This document shows positions 12,413 through 24,821 of a stretch of 64,000 nucleotides of DNA, one piece after another (position 1 is the first letter of the stretch; every line of letters begins with the position of its first letter). Made by a program: the position numbers and the translations under genes. Origin of the DNA: Dipteris shenzhenensis (taxonomy: Eukaryota); assembly GCA_047967505.1 (NCBI GenBank), contig CM106538.1; one strand, given 5' to 3'. The notes beneath the pieces were generated by a model, which was not told where the DNA came from, searched no databases, and saw only the letters and a list, made by a program, of their open reading frames with translations.

Positions 12413-13949
12413 TAAAGAAAGAAAAAGGGGGTTTCAGTGTAATTATATAGAAGGGCGGATTTAAAAATAGAAAGGGGACAAAATAGTAAAAAGGAAAAGA
12501 AGGGGGGAGTAATTAAAAAAGGAGGAGGGAGAGTTTAATAGTAAAAAATAGAAAAAAAGGGGGGGGGACAGTAAAAAGGAAAGGGGAGAAATTGACACAT
12601 CTATCTAGAAAGGGGGGAAAAGAAAGAGGGGTTTTTGCTGTAGATGTGTAATGTATTTATACAGCTAAAAAAGACATAGGGTGGTAGGGGGAGGGGAGAG
12701 AGGGGGTTTTTTGGAAATAAATAAAGTAGAAAAGAGAGGGGGGGCGGGAGGGTTTATTAAAATGATTAACAAAATCTAAAGAAATCTAAAGAAACGAGAA
12801 GGAGGGGGGGTGGGGGGGTTTAATTAATCAAGACAAAGAGAGGTAAAAAAAGACCTCAGAATCAATGCTTTGAAGGAGAGACGTGAAGGCGCACGACGGC
12901 AGGGGCAGAGTAGGAAAAGCGGAGGCTGTCTTAGCAGTAGTGTCGAATGGCAGTCGGACCAAGTACGTGAAGGTTGGCGGGGTGGAGCAGTGAGAAATGG
13001 GGAGCTAGACAGTAGCAGGGTTGCGTCAGGGAAGGAGTAGTGAATTGTGGGGGGCAGAAACCAGCAGAGCAGCGTCACATCAAGAGAGGGGGCGGAAAAG
13101 AGCAGCACAGTCTCTAAACCAGAGCGCGAGACGCGAGGTGATGAGAGGCTTGTAGGCTGTAGGTTAATAGGTAGTGAGTGAAGGGGAGGGGGTTAATAAA
13201 TAGGGAAGGAGTAGGATAGTCAAGGGAATCAAGGAGGTGAGCAATGAGGAGCCTGAGGGGGTAGAGGGAGTGGAAGAAGCACAGAAGGCGAGGCATAAGG
13301 ACTATTGTGGGGAAGCGGGTACGACATGTAGAGTGAGGAGATCAAGCCGCACTATGGAGGAGAGTGGGAAGGGAGGTAGAAGGGGCGGTGCACATGTTGG
13401 CATAGGAGAGGGGTTCAAATAAAAAAGGAAATTAAAATAAGGGGGGGGGGGTACTAGTTAGTTTTAGGCTTAGTTAAAAGACATAAGTAAATAAAAATTG
13501 GGCTAGTTTCTTTTAGGCTTAGTTAGAAGACATAGGGAAACTTTAGGGGAGCATAGGAAAAAATTAGGGAAAAAAGGGTTAGGGAAAATAGAAAAGAAGG
13601 GAATTAGAAAAATAGGGAAAATTAGAAAAATAGGAAATTAGGGAGATTAGGGAAATAGGAACATGGGAGAAAAGGAAATTAGAAAAAAATGGAATAATAA
13701 GGCAATTTATAGAAATAAAAACGAGAGGAAAATAGGGAAAATAGAAGAATAGTAAAACATAATAGGGGTGGGAAAAATATGGGAAAATTAGGGGGAAATA
13801 GGGAAATTAGGGAGTGTAAAAGAGAGAAAGGACAAAGAGTGTAAATGTAAGGGGGGAAGGAAAAATAAGGGAGGGGGTTTTTAGGGGGGGAAGGGGGGAG
13901 GGGGAGGGGGGAAATGTAAAGTAACTGTAAGGGAAAAAATGAATAGCAA
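12413..13949 (-). repeat. Pseudo-LTR copy (5' side) of Penelope-like element
   Basis: Direct repeat of 6328-7883 with indels. Ends at (TG)n 13950-13962. Confidence 0.8.
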
Positions 13950-16840
13950 GTGTGTGTGTGTGGAAGATTTTACAACACCCCTTTAAATAGGCAAGCCTAG
14001 TTGAGACTTTAGAGTTCAGTAGATCATCGGGGATTAAAAGGTCAGGAAAAGGCATGTAGTTATAGCCTTTACTAATCCTACCACTGCGTGCCAGAGGAGA
14101 CACGGTACCTCAATATCAGTGTATTCAAAGGCAACCAAAGTCGGGGCTGCTAACCAAGTTTTACGTGATTCCTCTAGTGTAGGTTATGGGATACATAGGA
14201 AATAATTAGGATACATAGAAAATAATTAGACTTGTATCTAGGGAATAATTAGAGTTGTATCTAGGAAAGTTTGCAATTAGAGTTGTATCTAGGAAAGTTT
14301 CCAATTAGAGTTATATCTAGGAAAGTATATGGGATACATAGGAAATAATTAGAGTTGTATCTAGGAAAGATTGCAATTTTAGAAAATCTAGGATACATAG
14401 GAAATAATTAGGGAAATTTATATATTAGGAAATAAATAGGGAAATAATTAGGAAAGTTTAGAAGAATTTAGGAAAATTTAGGGAGAAATACAAAATAATT
14501 AGGAAAATAAGTTAAAAATATATAAAAATTAGGAGACAATTTTGGGGGGAAAATTAAAAAAAATGGTAGGAAAAATATGGAGAGAATTAGGGGAAAAAGG
14601 GGGGAGAAGGGGGGAGGGGGAAATTTAAGAAGGGAAATGCGAGGGAAATGAATGGAGAGTGGGTGAAAAGAGGGAAATGCTAGGGAGAGAAATTGAAAGA
14701 GGGGTTGGGGGGGGGGGGGAGGGATTGTCAGGGAAGAACTAATGAGCAAGTGACCAAACCAATGGTGGAAGGGATAGTGTGTGTGTGTGTGTGTGTGTAC
14801 CCACCTTTGCCCTTGTAGGATACACTACACTAGGTGAGACAGTAGGTCATCACCTATTGTGATGACCTACTGTCTACCCGAAGAGAATAAGAAGTATTGA
14901 GAAGTGCAATTTAAAGTAATGGAATTGGAATAGAAGTACTTGAGTGAGATAGGTGAACCATATGGAAGCAAAATGGTTTAACAAATATATGGGTAAGTTG
15001 TGGTTATAGTAAAATTAGGCAAGTATAGACAGTTTTGACAAGAATCTAGTTTAGAAGAGGTTTGTATAAAAAGGGGAAAAACCAACAAGGTAAGTGTAAT
15101 AGAATAGTGTTGCTCAAGAGAGACATGAAAGGAGCCAAAAGGCCAAAAAGGCCATGATGACTTGAATGTATTGTTTGGGAGGTGGGAGCCGAAATTAGGG
15201 GAGGGCTGTAGAGAGTTTTGGATTCGGAGGGTGACATCCAATGAATAATTCTACGAGGACAAGAGAGGGATTAGAAAGATGTTTTTTAGAAAAAATAAAA
15301 CAAATAAAGAAAAAGTTACAAAAGGGAGTCAAGAAGCCAAAACGGCCTTACTGACTTAAGTGTACTATGTGCAACCGTCCAGAGTTGCAGGGGAAATGAC
15401 CTGTGTGTGGTAGATTTTACAACACCCCTTTGCATAGTGAAAAGACAAAAGAGCAAAGCTAGACAATGAAATAGGACAAATTAACAGAAAAGTTTGTACC
15501 TGTTTGTAAAGGAAACCAGCAGTGAGGCCCTTTGTAGACATGTCTTTTTGGAAACTATGTAGAAGTTGAGCTTTGGATAAGTCCTAGCAAGCATCACTTT
15601 TATTGAAGAGGGGAGTCTGCTTACCTACCACCATCCAACAAGAAAACATGATGAGAACCACGTTAACTTAAGTTGGGAAGACAGGTGTCATAAACCCTCC
15701 TCCCTTGTTATCGGGGTCGCAATAAAATAGAAGCTTAGCCATGAACTTAACCAGCATGATATGTAAAAAATTCAAGTGTGGATTAGGTAGGGTGTATAAG
15801 GTAAAAGGTTAGTTAGGTAGAAGGTTAGGTGTGGAATTGTAGAACTTACCAATAATGAGATTTTGGAGGGTAAGAAAGATTTACTTGGGGGGCTTAGTAT
15901 AGGAAACCTTAAATGGGGATAAATAGCGGGGAGACTTAGGGAGACCCAAAGAAATAGATATTTAGAAAATCAGGGGGAATTAGAGGGAGGAATTTAGATA
16001 TTGATTTTGAGAAGAGGGGAATTAGATGTAACCATATAGAAGGGGGGAATATTAAGAAGAGGAAACAAGATTGTAAAAATATATAGAAAAAAGGTTAAAA
16101 GACTCCTTTTTTTTTTCTTTAAAGACTAGGGGGGAAATTTTACCTTTTAGCAAAAGTAACGAAAAAAGAAAAGGGAGTGACAGCTTCTATGAGAGCGTAT
16201 AATTAAAAAGCGCTTTGGAACAAGTAATAAAAAAAGAATTTACTAAGGTGCAAGCTCATGTTAGAGAAAGACCAATAATACATTAAAAAGGTTAAATAGA
16301 GCTTAGAGTTATAGCAAATCTAAAAAAGAGGGAGGGGTTATAATAAAGGAATTAAAGTAAAGGATTTAAAGAGGGAGGGGAGGGGGTATAGATATATCAA
16401 TAAGGGAATTACTAACAATATGAAAAAAAGGGGGGAGGGGAGGGGCATGACTCCATAGCGCAAAGTAAGCTAAAACTAAGGGTTAAGGTCCTAATATATA
16501 GAAAAGAAATTAAAACATTATAAAAGGACATATGTTATGAAAAAAAGGGGAGCTTAGAGTTTAATGAAATTTATATAAAAGCAAAGCAAGGCAAAATCAG
16601 TTTACATAAAGTAAGAAGAAGGGAGGATTGTAAAAAAAGAAGGGGACAGGGTTTTTCGAGATCTAAGAGAGGGGAGGGGGGGTAGTTAATAAGAATTAGC
16701 AAGGTGAAAAGTAACCTATGAATCCTTAGTTCCAAGGAGAGGAGAAGGCAGCCTATTACGTCGAGACTTTAGAGTTCAATAGATCATCGAGAATTAAAAG
16801 GGCATGAAAAGGCATGTAGTTATAGCCTTTACCGATCCAC
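13950..16840 (-). mobile_element. Non-autonomous PLE-derived modules
   Basis: The 14777-14880 terminus matches the RT-copy terminus. 15325-15440 and 15590-15730 match 11510-11630 and 11782-11920, but there is no RT between them. 16750-16838 matches 13995-14078. Confidence 0.7.
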
Positions 16841-17389
16841 TGATTCTTGGACCACATTGTCTACTTCCCTTTCTACCACATACATCGAATCTGGGACCAC
16901 ATTGTCTGGTTGAAATACATCTGCATAGATAAACATGAAAGGTTTAAGTACATGATTTCAATAGTCAATCACATTTTAATTTTTAGAAACAGTATATCTG
17001 GACAGAAATTAAATACAGGTTTAAGAACATAATTTAAAATAGATTTTAAATACAAATGATAAATAAAATTTAAGAACACATGTTGAAATACCTATTTTAA
17101 CTATTCTTGAATCATTTAAATCTGGGCATTTTAGATTGAAGGACACTTAAACAACTCAAATCATCCACATTGACATTGATGGTGAACTAGTTCAAATCTT
17201 ACTACATACAAGACAAGCTCAATGATAAATAAATCCATGGCAGTGTGCTAACACCCTTAATTGAAATCACATGTAAAGCAGAGACATAATTTCAATTGTG
17301 TAACCACAAAATCATACAACTCCCAGTGATGGAATCACAAAATTCTTCAAATTGATAAACTTTGCATAGATCCATACTTGCCAAGAAGC

Positions 17390-17790
17390 GAGGAAAGTTG
17401 TTCCATATGGTCGGCAATTCCTTAAATAGAACACGCTTCAGACTCAACAATTTTCCTTTAGAATCCATCATGAATCTAGCATCATGCCAGTCTTCCTATG
17501 CCAAGACTGTTGTCTTTCGATAGTTCAGCAAAGCATGTGCATAGGGTGTTGGTCGCTTTTGTTCTTCTAGCTGTGCTCCAAATAAAAATGCCAAACCATG
17601 ACAAACAAAATTCCAAGAAGGCAGCAGCATCTTTACAAATAAACATGGTCTGTCCCATGCACCCACCATGGCTTTCCATCAAGTGTGCATAGGATGGGGG
17701 TGCATTGCCATGATATGACTCAATGACCTTCACTAGTAGGCCATTCAAATCTAAGATTACAGCTCTTTGTTCTTGATGGAGAGGCACTAG
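17390..17790 (-). pseudogene. NLI-interacting-factor (FCP1/SCP HAD phosphatase-like) gene fragment
   Basis: RAVILDLNGLLV...FICKDAAAFLEFCLSWFGIFIWST and downstream KRVLFKELPTIWN match the plant NIF-family pattern (DLNG motif). Truncated and disrupted. Confidence 0.65.
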
Positions 17791-18064
17791 TACCACTATT
17801 GGTGGCCTCATTGGAGGTGGAGGTCGGGATAGGAGCTGCGGGTGATCCATCAAAGGGATGTCTACAGGCCCCAAAGGCTTTGGCTTCAGTCATTCCAATA
17901 TGCCTAGACACCTCTTTAGAATTCGATCCCATTTTTTTTCTTCCCTCCTTTGTTGCCTCTTCTGCCTCCTAGCGATATGTTTTTGGCATGCTTTCTTTTC
18001 ATGGTAGCTGCTGATGTGGATGGCCAACTACAAGCATGCTTCCCTTTGTGCCACATACATCGAA

Positions 18065-19382
18065 CCTAATTATTTCCTATGTATCCCATAACCTACACTA
18101 AATGAATCACGTAAAACATGGTTAGCCCCGACTTTGGTTGCCTTTGAATACATTGATACTGAGGTACTGCGTCTCTCACCGGCATGGAGTGGATACATAG
18201 GAAATAATTAGAGTTTTATCTAGGAAAGTTTGCAATTAGAGTTGTATCTAGGAAAGTATATGGGATACATAGGAAATAATTAGAGTTGTATCTAGGAAAG
18301 TTTGCAATTTTTGAAAAGTCTAGGATACATAGGAAATAATTAGGGGGAAATATATATTAGGAAAATAATTAGGAAGAGTTTAGAAGAAATTAGGAAAAAT
18401 TAGGGAGAAATACAAAATAATTAGGAAAATAGGTAAAAAATATATAAAAATTAGGAGACAATTTAAGAAAGAAAATTAGAAAAAATGGTAGGAAAAATTT
18501 GGAGAAAATTAGGGGAAAAAGGAGGGAGAAGAGGGGAGGGGGAAATTTAAGAAGGGAAATGCGAGGGAAATAAATGGAGAGTGCGTGAAAAGAGGGAAAT
18601 ACTAGGGCAAGAAATTGAAAGAGGGGTTTGGGGGGCGGGGGGCAGTTGTCAGGGGGAGAACAAGTAGGAGGGCTTGGGAAGCGGGTAAGTTAGATGCTTG
18701 AATAAGTGTGTCAGTGCAACAAAAAATGATGGGTCTAGAATAATGGGCTACAATCGGGTAGAAAGTGCAGGGAGGGTCAATAGTAAAGGCAGATTTTATC
18801 ACTATAATAGGCTTTAGATTTACCCATTCCAATAGACTTTAGTTCTAACCAATCTAATAGTTTTTAGATATAACCAATCTAATATAGGTAGATTTAACCA
18901 ATATAATATAGGAGAAATTAGAAATTTTTAAGAGAATTTATTAGAAAGGTGTAAACAGTTTAGGGATGAAAGGGGGGAAATGAAAAAATAAAGGGAAATT
19001 TTATTATAAAATCAAGGAATTTAAGAGAAGAGTAAGGAAAATAAAGAGAATTGGAGGAGAAAGGAGATTTTGGGGGGGGGGGTGTGGCAGAAGAAGAAAG
19101 GGAGAGAGAGAGCATAGGGAGAAACTAGGGGAAAATAAGGGAGAATGAGGGAAAAATACGGAGAAGGTAAGAGACCAATTAAGGGAGAAATAATGGAATT
19201 TGAGGGAAAATAATTTACGAGGGTTAAGGGAAAACATAGCGGGGAAAATATTGGAGTTTAAGAGAGATTACCGACGAACAAGGAGAGAAATTGAAAGAGG
19301 GGTTTGGAAGTGGGGGGTTGGGGGGGGGGTTCGGGGGGAGAACTAATGAGCAAGTGGCCAAAATAATGGAGGAAGGGATAGT

Positions 19383-19441
<59 letters not shown>

Positions 19442-19900
19442 TACCCACTTTTGCCCCAGGAGGATACAACACACTAGGTGAGACAGTAGGTCATCACCTA
19501 GAGTGATGACCTACTGTCTACCCAAAGAGAATAAGAAGTATTGAGATGTGCAATTTAAAGCAATGGAAATGGAAGAGAAGTACTCGAGTGAGGTAGGTGA
19601 ACAATATGGAAGTAAAATGGTTTCACAGATATACGGGTAAGTTGTGGTTATAGTAATATTAGGCAAGAAAAGGAAGTGGAAAGCTTTGACAATAATCTAG
19701 ATTAGAAGAGTATTATATAAAAAGGGAAAAAATATATAACAACAAGGTAAGTGCAATGAAACAGTGTTGCTCAAAGAGACATGAAAGGAGTCAAAAGGAC
19801 AAAAAGCCATAATGACTTAAATGTATTGTTTGGGAGGTGGGAGCTAAAATTAGGGGAGGGTTGTAGAGAGTTTTGGATTCGAAGCATGACATCTAATGAA
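18065..19900 (-). mobile_element. Further non-autonomous PLE-derived modules with a local inversion
   Basis: 18065-18192 is the reverse complement of ~14080-14210. 18190-18650 matches 14200-14730. 19283-19900 matches 14683-15248, including the (TG)n tract and hairpin. Confidence 0.75.
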
Positions 19901-19904
<4 letters not shown>

Positions 19905-19954
<50 letters not shown>

Positions 19955-19964
19955 CATACATACA

Positions 19965-20027
<63 letters not shown>
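19905..20027. repeat. Compound microsatellite (CT)n(TACA)n(TA)n
   Basis: Read directly; marks the right boundary of the PLE array. Confidence 0.95.
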
Positions 20028-20028
<1 letters not shown>

Positions 20029-20766
20029 GCTACAAATACAATGAGGCAAGTTGCTCCCTCTCCCTGCAACTACAATAGTCGGGTGTGGACAAATTTGACA
20101 GTCTTTGTAAAATGGTCATAACCTTTTTATCATATCTTTGATTTTAATGAAACCTATATTAGAATCTTGTAAATCAAATATATCCACTGACTATTTTTCA
20201 TCTTGATCAAGCTTAACATTGAAACCCCATGGACTTTTTTTCATCTTGATCAAGCTTAACATCTTATAAATCAAAGATACCACTGATTGTTTTTCATCTC
20301 ATAAAGCTTAACATTGAAAGCCCAATTCTTTCAAGGCCTTCGTAAGAGTGTACTTTAGCTTTTCTAGCTTTGACAAGGTATCATCCTCCTCAATTCCCTT
20401 GTCCTTCTACTTCATCTTTTTATTGGTAGGTCTACTATTTTCCAAATGCCATTGCTTAGCTCAATGACACATGCACACACACACACACACACACACACTT
20501 ACCCTTGTGGATCATCATTTTGGGTTCATCAACCCTTTGGGGAACCTTGCGAATATATCCAAAGAGTGTATGAAACTTCTTCTTGACCATTATTGATTAT
20601 ACAATTACATTTCTTATGTGATTGCTTGATGAAAATGTGTATGCTTCAGCATTAATTGCACTTATACCATGGGTTTACTAAAGGATTAGAAAAGGGATAA
20701 AGTTTTGTATATGCACTCAATAATGTTTTATATGTGACCCTTTTTATTTGAGACCAAGGAGAGGGT

Positions 20767-20902
20767 TGGACCAGGATTGGACCACTCAAAGCCTATGGTT
20801 GGACTAGGATTGGACCAGGATTGTGGACCAGGATTGGACCACTCAAAGCCTATGGTTGGACTAGGATTGGACCAGGATTGGACCACTCAAAGCCTATGGT
20901 TG
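20767..20902. repeat. Short tandem repeat
   Basis: GGACCAGGATTGGACCACTCAAAGCCTATGGTT occurs three times with GGACYAGGATT subunits. Confidence 0.85.
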
Positions 20903-21150
20903 ACTTGTAATATGTTAACAATTCTTGGAAGAAAGAGTATATATTGGTGTACATATATATTTATGTCTACCTTAGCTTAGTGAACATGAAGACTTTAAGT
21001 AAGGCATTGGTAGGTGTCATGGAGAATAATACTTGAGCACACATTATTAGAGGATATATAGATTCGCTAGGAATTTTTCTCCCAATGACTGGGGATGTCA
21101 CCCCCTATTGATATGTACTATATGATATTAGTAGGGCCACAAAGGAATGA

Positions 21151-21300
21151 TTTTTGGCCTACCCCCAATGGGTAGGCCTTAGCAATCATTTGGCCTCCAA
21201 AGAGAAAATTCAATTTTTTTTATTTTTGTGTTTACTTTTTTTTGGCATGCATTGATTGGAGGAGCATGTGAGTATTCTATTTCTATCCATGAAATTCCTC

Positions 21301-21344
<44 letters not shown>

Positions 21345-21397
21345 CTCTCTCTCTCGTTCTTCTTCATCCCTTGAAATCCTCCACTTTTTTCTCCCCC

Positions 21398-21455
<58 letters not shown>

Positions 21456-22280
21456 TCTCCTTCTCCTTCTTTGTTTCTCTCTCTCAACTTGCAATTCGCC
21501 CCCTTTTCCACTCACCATCTAGGGCAAGCCACATGAATGAAATTCATCTCGCTTTAAGCGTCCTCATATTACATGTCTCACCCCCCATGCTAGTAAATCA
21601 CTCCCCACACACCTCGCTAGTACTATCTTGCTCACTACCCCCACGCTTTCAACAGGGATGGGCATGCATGGGTGTCGTCCCCATAAAAAGCCTATACCCT
21701 TCATGTGAGACTGACCGTCTTGCTCAAGAAGATGTGCTATAGTAGATCATTAATGGATAATGGCCCTTGATTACCTTCACCATGGTCATTGTCAAGAAAA
21801 AATCTAGCAATTGAATTATGAGGGTGGTGTAGGCCTTTGTTTGCACCCATGTGGTTATCATTAGGATGTTAAAGTTCATATCATGTCAATAATGGCCTTT
21901 ATGGCCTTGTGTGATTTTGAAATATAATGACACTTCATTTTTGGCCTACCCCAAGGGGGGTAGCGTATAGTGTCCAGTTTGTCTTGAGAAAGCTAAAAAT
22001 TAGTGACTAGTTTGTCTTGAGAAAGCTAAAAATTGATTATTACTTTTTTCATTGAGGTTTTCTATGATTGGTTGTGGGCATGTGATCTCCACCTTTTCCT
22101 CCTTTTTTTATTCTTTCTATTTCAAGGCAGGTCACTTGAACATCATTCAACTTGCTTTGGCATACATTGATTGGAGGAGCATGTGAGTATTCTATTTCTA
22201 TCCCATGAAATTCCTCACCTTTCTCTCTCTCTGTGTCTCTTCTTCTTCTTCTTCCCTTGAAATCCTCCACTTTTTTGGCC

Positions 22281-22332
<52 letters not shown>

Positions 22333-22550
22333 TTGCAATTTGCCCCCTTTTCTGCCCACCATCTAGGGCAAGCCACATGAATGAAATTCATCTTGTTTTA
22401 TCCATCCTTGCATTACATGTCTCACCTACCCCCATGCCAATAAATCACTCCCCAAAGACCTCGCTAGTACTATCTTGCCCACTACCCCCATGCTTCCAAT
22501 AAAAATCCTATACCCTTCGTGTGATATTGACCGTCCTGCTCAAGGAGATG
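21151..22550 (+). repeat. Two related copies of a (CT)n-containing repeat with a palindromic 5' end (possible HINE/Helentron-derived element)
   Basis: Both copies begin TTTTTGGCCTACCC (~21151, ~21938); the first forms the hairpin GGCCTACCC-CCAAT-GGGTAGGCC. Bodies 21243-21735 and 22157-22550 align. Confidence 0.5.
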
Positions 22551-24499
22551 TGGGTGGAAATCAAGGATACCCTATAAACCATCTACCTTGCATCTTCACT
22601 TACCAAACTTCACTCCCGCCACCTATAAACTTCAATTCTACCAACTGTTCTTCCCCATAGACAAGTGGCCAACCAACACTTGCACCCTGACAGTCGATTA
22701 CCCATCCTCGTCATCGGAAGTTGATATAGCGCAGGTATGGGGGCAGCCTCTTAGGTCAACATGCTGATTAGTGAGATTGACATTCTTTGTGCTCTCCACT
22801 GGGTTCTGCATTACATAGAACTAACCATTATGCTCTTCACTGGATTCAAAACTATGTATCAACCATGAGAAGATGAATAGTGGGAATCATTGTAAAGGAT
22901 TCAGAAGACTTTATTTCTATGGCAGATTTGATCCGCAGGTTAGTCCCCCACATAGTCTTACGGTGGTTATGTTGAGGTCACAAATGTTGGGGCAAACTTT
23001 TTGAAGTAGATTAGAAAATGTTTATGGGACCTTTTTAAATTTTATAAAGAAGACTCAAATAAAATCAGAAGGGAAATGGTAAGGAATCCCTTTTGGAGTT
23101 TTTATTGAGAATTCTCAAGTATTAAGTGATTTCTATAGAGGATCCTTTCAGAGATCCCTCAAGCATTTATATGGAAATTATTGGCCCCTTAAGGGTGTCT
23201 TTGTAAGTTGTTGATTTCATTAGAGAATCCTATGATTATTTTTACTATATGGATTCCCTTATGCTTCCTTTATGAGAAAATGATTTCTTAACATTGGTTA
23301 TTAAAGATAAGTTTTCTCTTGATTTTTTGGGAAAAGAGCCCATAAGATAAGAAGGGCTAGTTAGAAAAAAGGAGCCCTCATGGAAAGAGATTGGCTGGAT
23401 GCCTATTGTTATCTTTGGAGGATTACTTTGAAACTCTATCACTAATTAAAAAGGATTTCCCTTTGATAGTTTACTTGGCGTTTCTTCCTTTTGAGACTTC
23501 ATTGGGACCTTGGAGTGACGACGCCATTGGTGATGTATAAACCAATGATAGAATAGGAAAATGGAACTAATTGGAGAGAGGCATTATGTTTAGAGTTTTC
23601 CTCATAGTTGCATTATGGTACCTTCTACCCTGAGGAAAGAGGAAATTTATTTATGGTATTATGAGAAATTTCCTTTAAGGTAAAAAGTAATTATGGCCTC
23701 ATTATCCATAAACCTCGACTTATTTTACTTTTGACTTTCCATAAACCTTGACTTAATTTTTGAAAATAATAAATGCTAACCTTTGATTATTCCTATGAGG
23801 TAAGAATGCCAAGATAGATAGAGTGATAATGGATAGCAACTATGTGCCAACATTGAAGCCTAGCTTTCATAGCTTAAATGGATTATGATGGCACCAAGTG
23901 AGTCGGCATACCTCTCCATTTGGCCGATTTGCATTGATAAATATTTGGCTTGTTTTCAAAAAATAAAGATATGGTGTTGGCAAGTTTGAGCTATACCTTA
24001 TGGCAGATTATCTCCAACTGTTGTATACTAAGGCTGAATTGATTGTTTTAGATTAGTCATGATTATTGTTGCATATTTTATAGTTTAATAATATGAATGA
24101 GAGTATTTGAGTTGATCCCCACTTTGAAGCTTTGTAAGAAGGGGTGGAATAGTAACGGATTACTCTCACTTGTAATGTGTAAAGGGAAATAGCATATGGT
24201 TTCATTTGGTTTACATATACATTGAAATTAATCCAGGTAGTATAGTACGATAGATTGTTGCTAGGTCAAACACACACACACACACATAGAGAGATATCCT
24301 CGACACGAACATGGCTCAGTTGCTTAGGTAGCATGGATGATACATATTGTAGCATCAAGGATGTTAAGGTGGCTTTGGCCTTTAACACTTGAGTGCTACA
24401 GTGTATGCAATGTAGATCTTGGGCTGACACATGGTACTTTTTGAGATCTAAAGATCTAGTGGCCACAACACATGCTAGCCTCTTGATATTGCAATCTAT

Positions 24500-24612
24500 A
24501 ACTTAGTGGATGTGTGGTTCTGATTTCATTATATTGTAACTTAGTGGATGTGTGGTTCTAATTTCATTATATTGTAACTTAGTGGATGTGTGGTTCTAAT
24601 TTCATTATATTG
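24500..24612. repeat. Tandem repeat, 38-bp unit x3
   Basis: AACTTAGTGGATGTGTGGTTCTRATTTCATTATATTGT at 24500, 24538 and 24576. Confidence 0.95.
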
Positions 24613-24821
24613 GAGGCCTAATTGTGTTTGAGATGAATTTTACAAATCTTCCTCCAATTAAATGTTGTAGCTTATGTGTGATTCACATGCTATATATTTG
24701 GATGCTCGGGCTAGTCGATAACCTTTGAGCTTGGTAATGATAGTTTAGGTTAGTATCAGCTACTCTCAAATCACATCCCATATCCTAGTGTCTACACAGT
24801 AGACTATGTAGTTGCAATGGG

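Noticed and set aside
21210-21742. ORFs rich in ER/SL/HT repeats (also near 19224-20078, 42358 and 44004)
   Set aside because: They are translations of (GA)n, (CT)n and (CA)n microsatellites.
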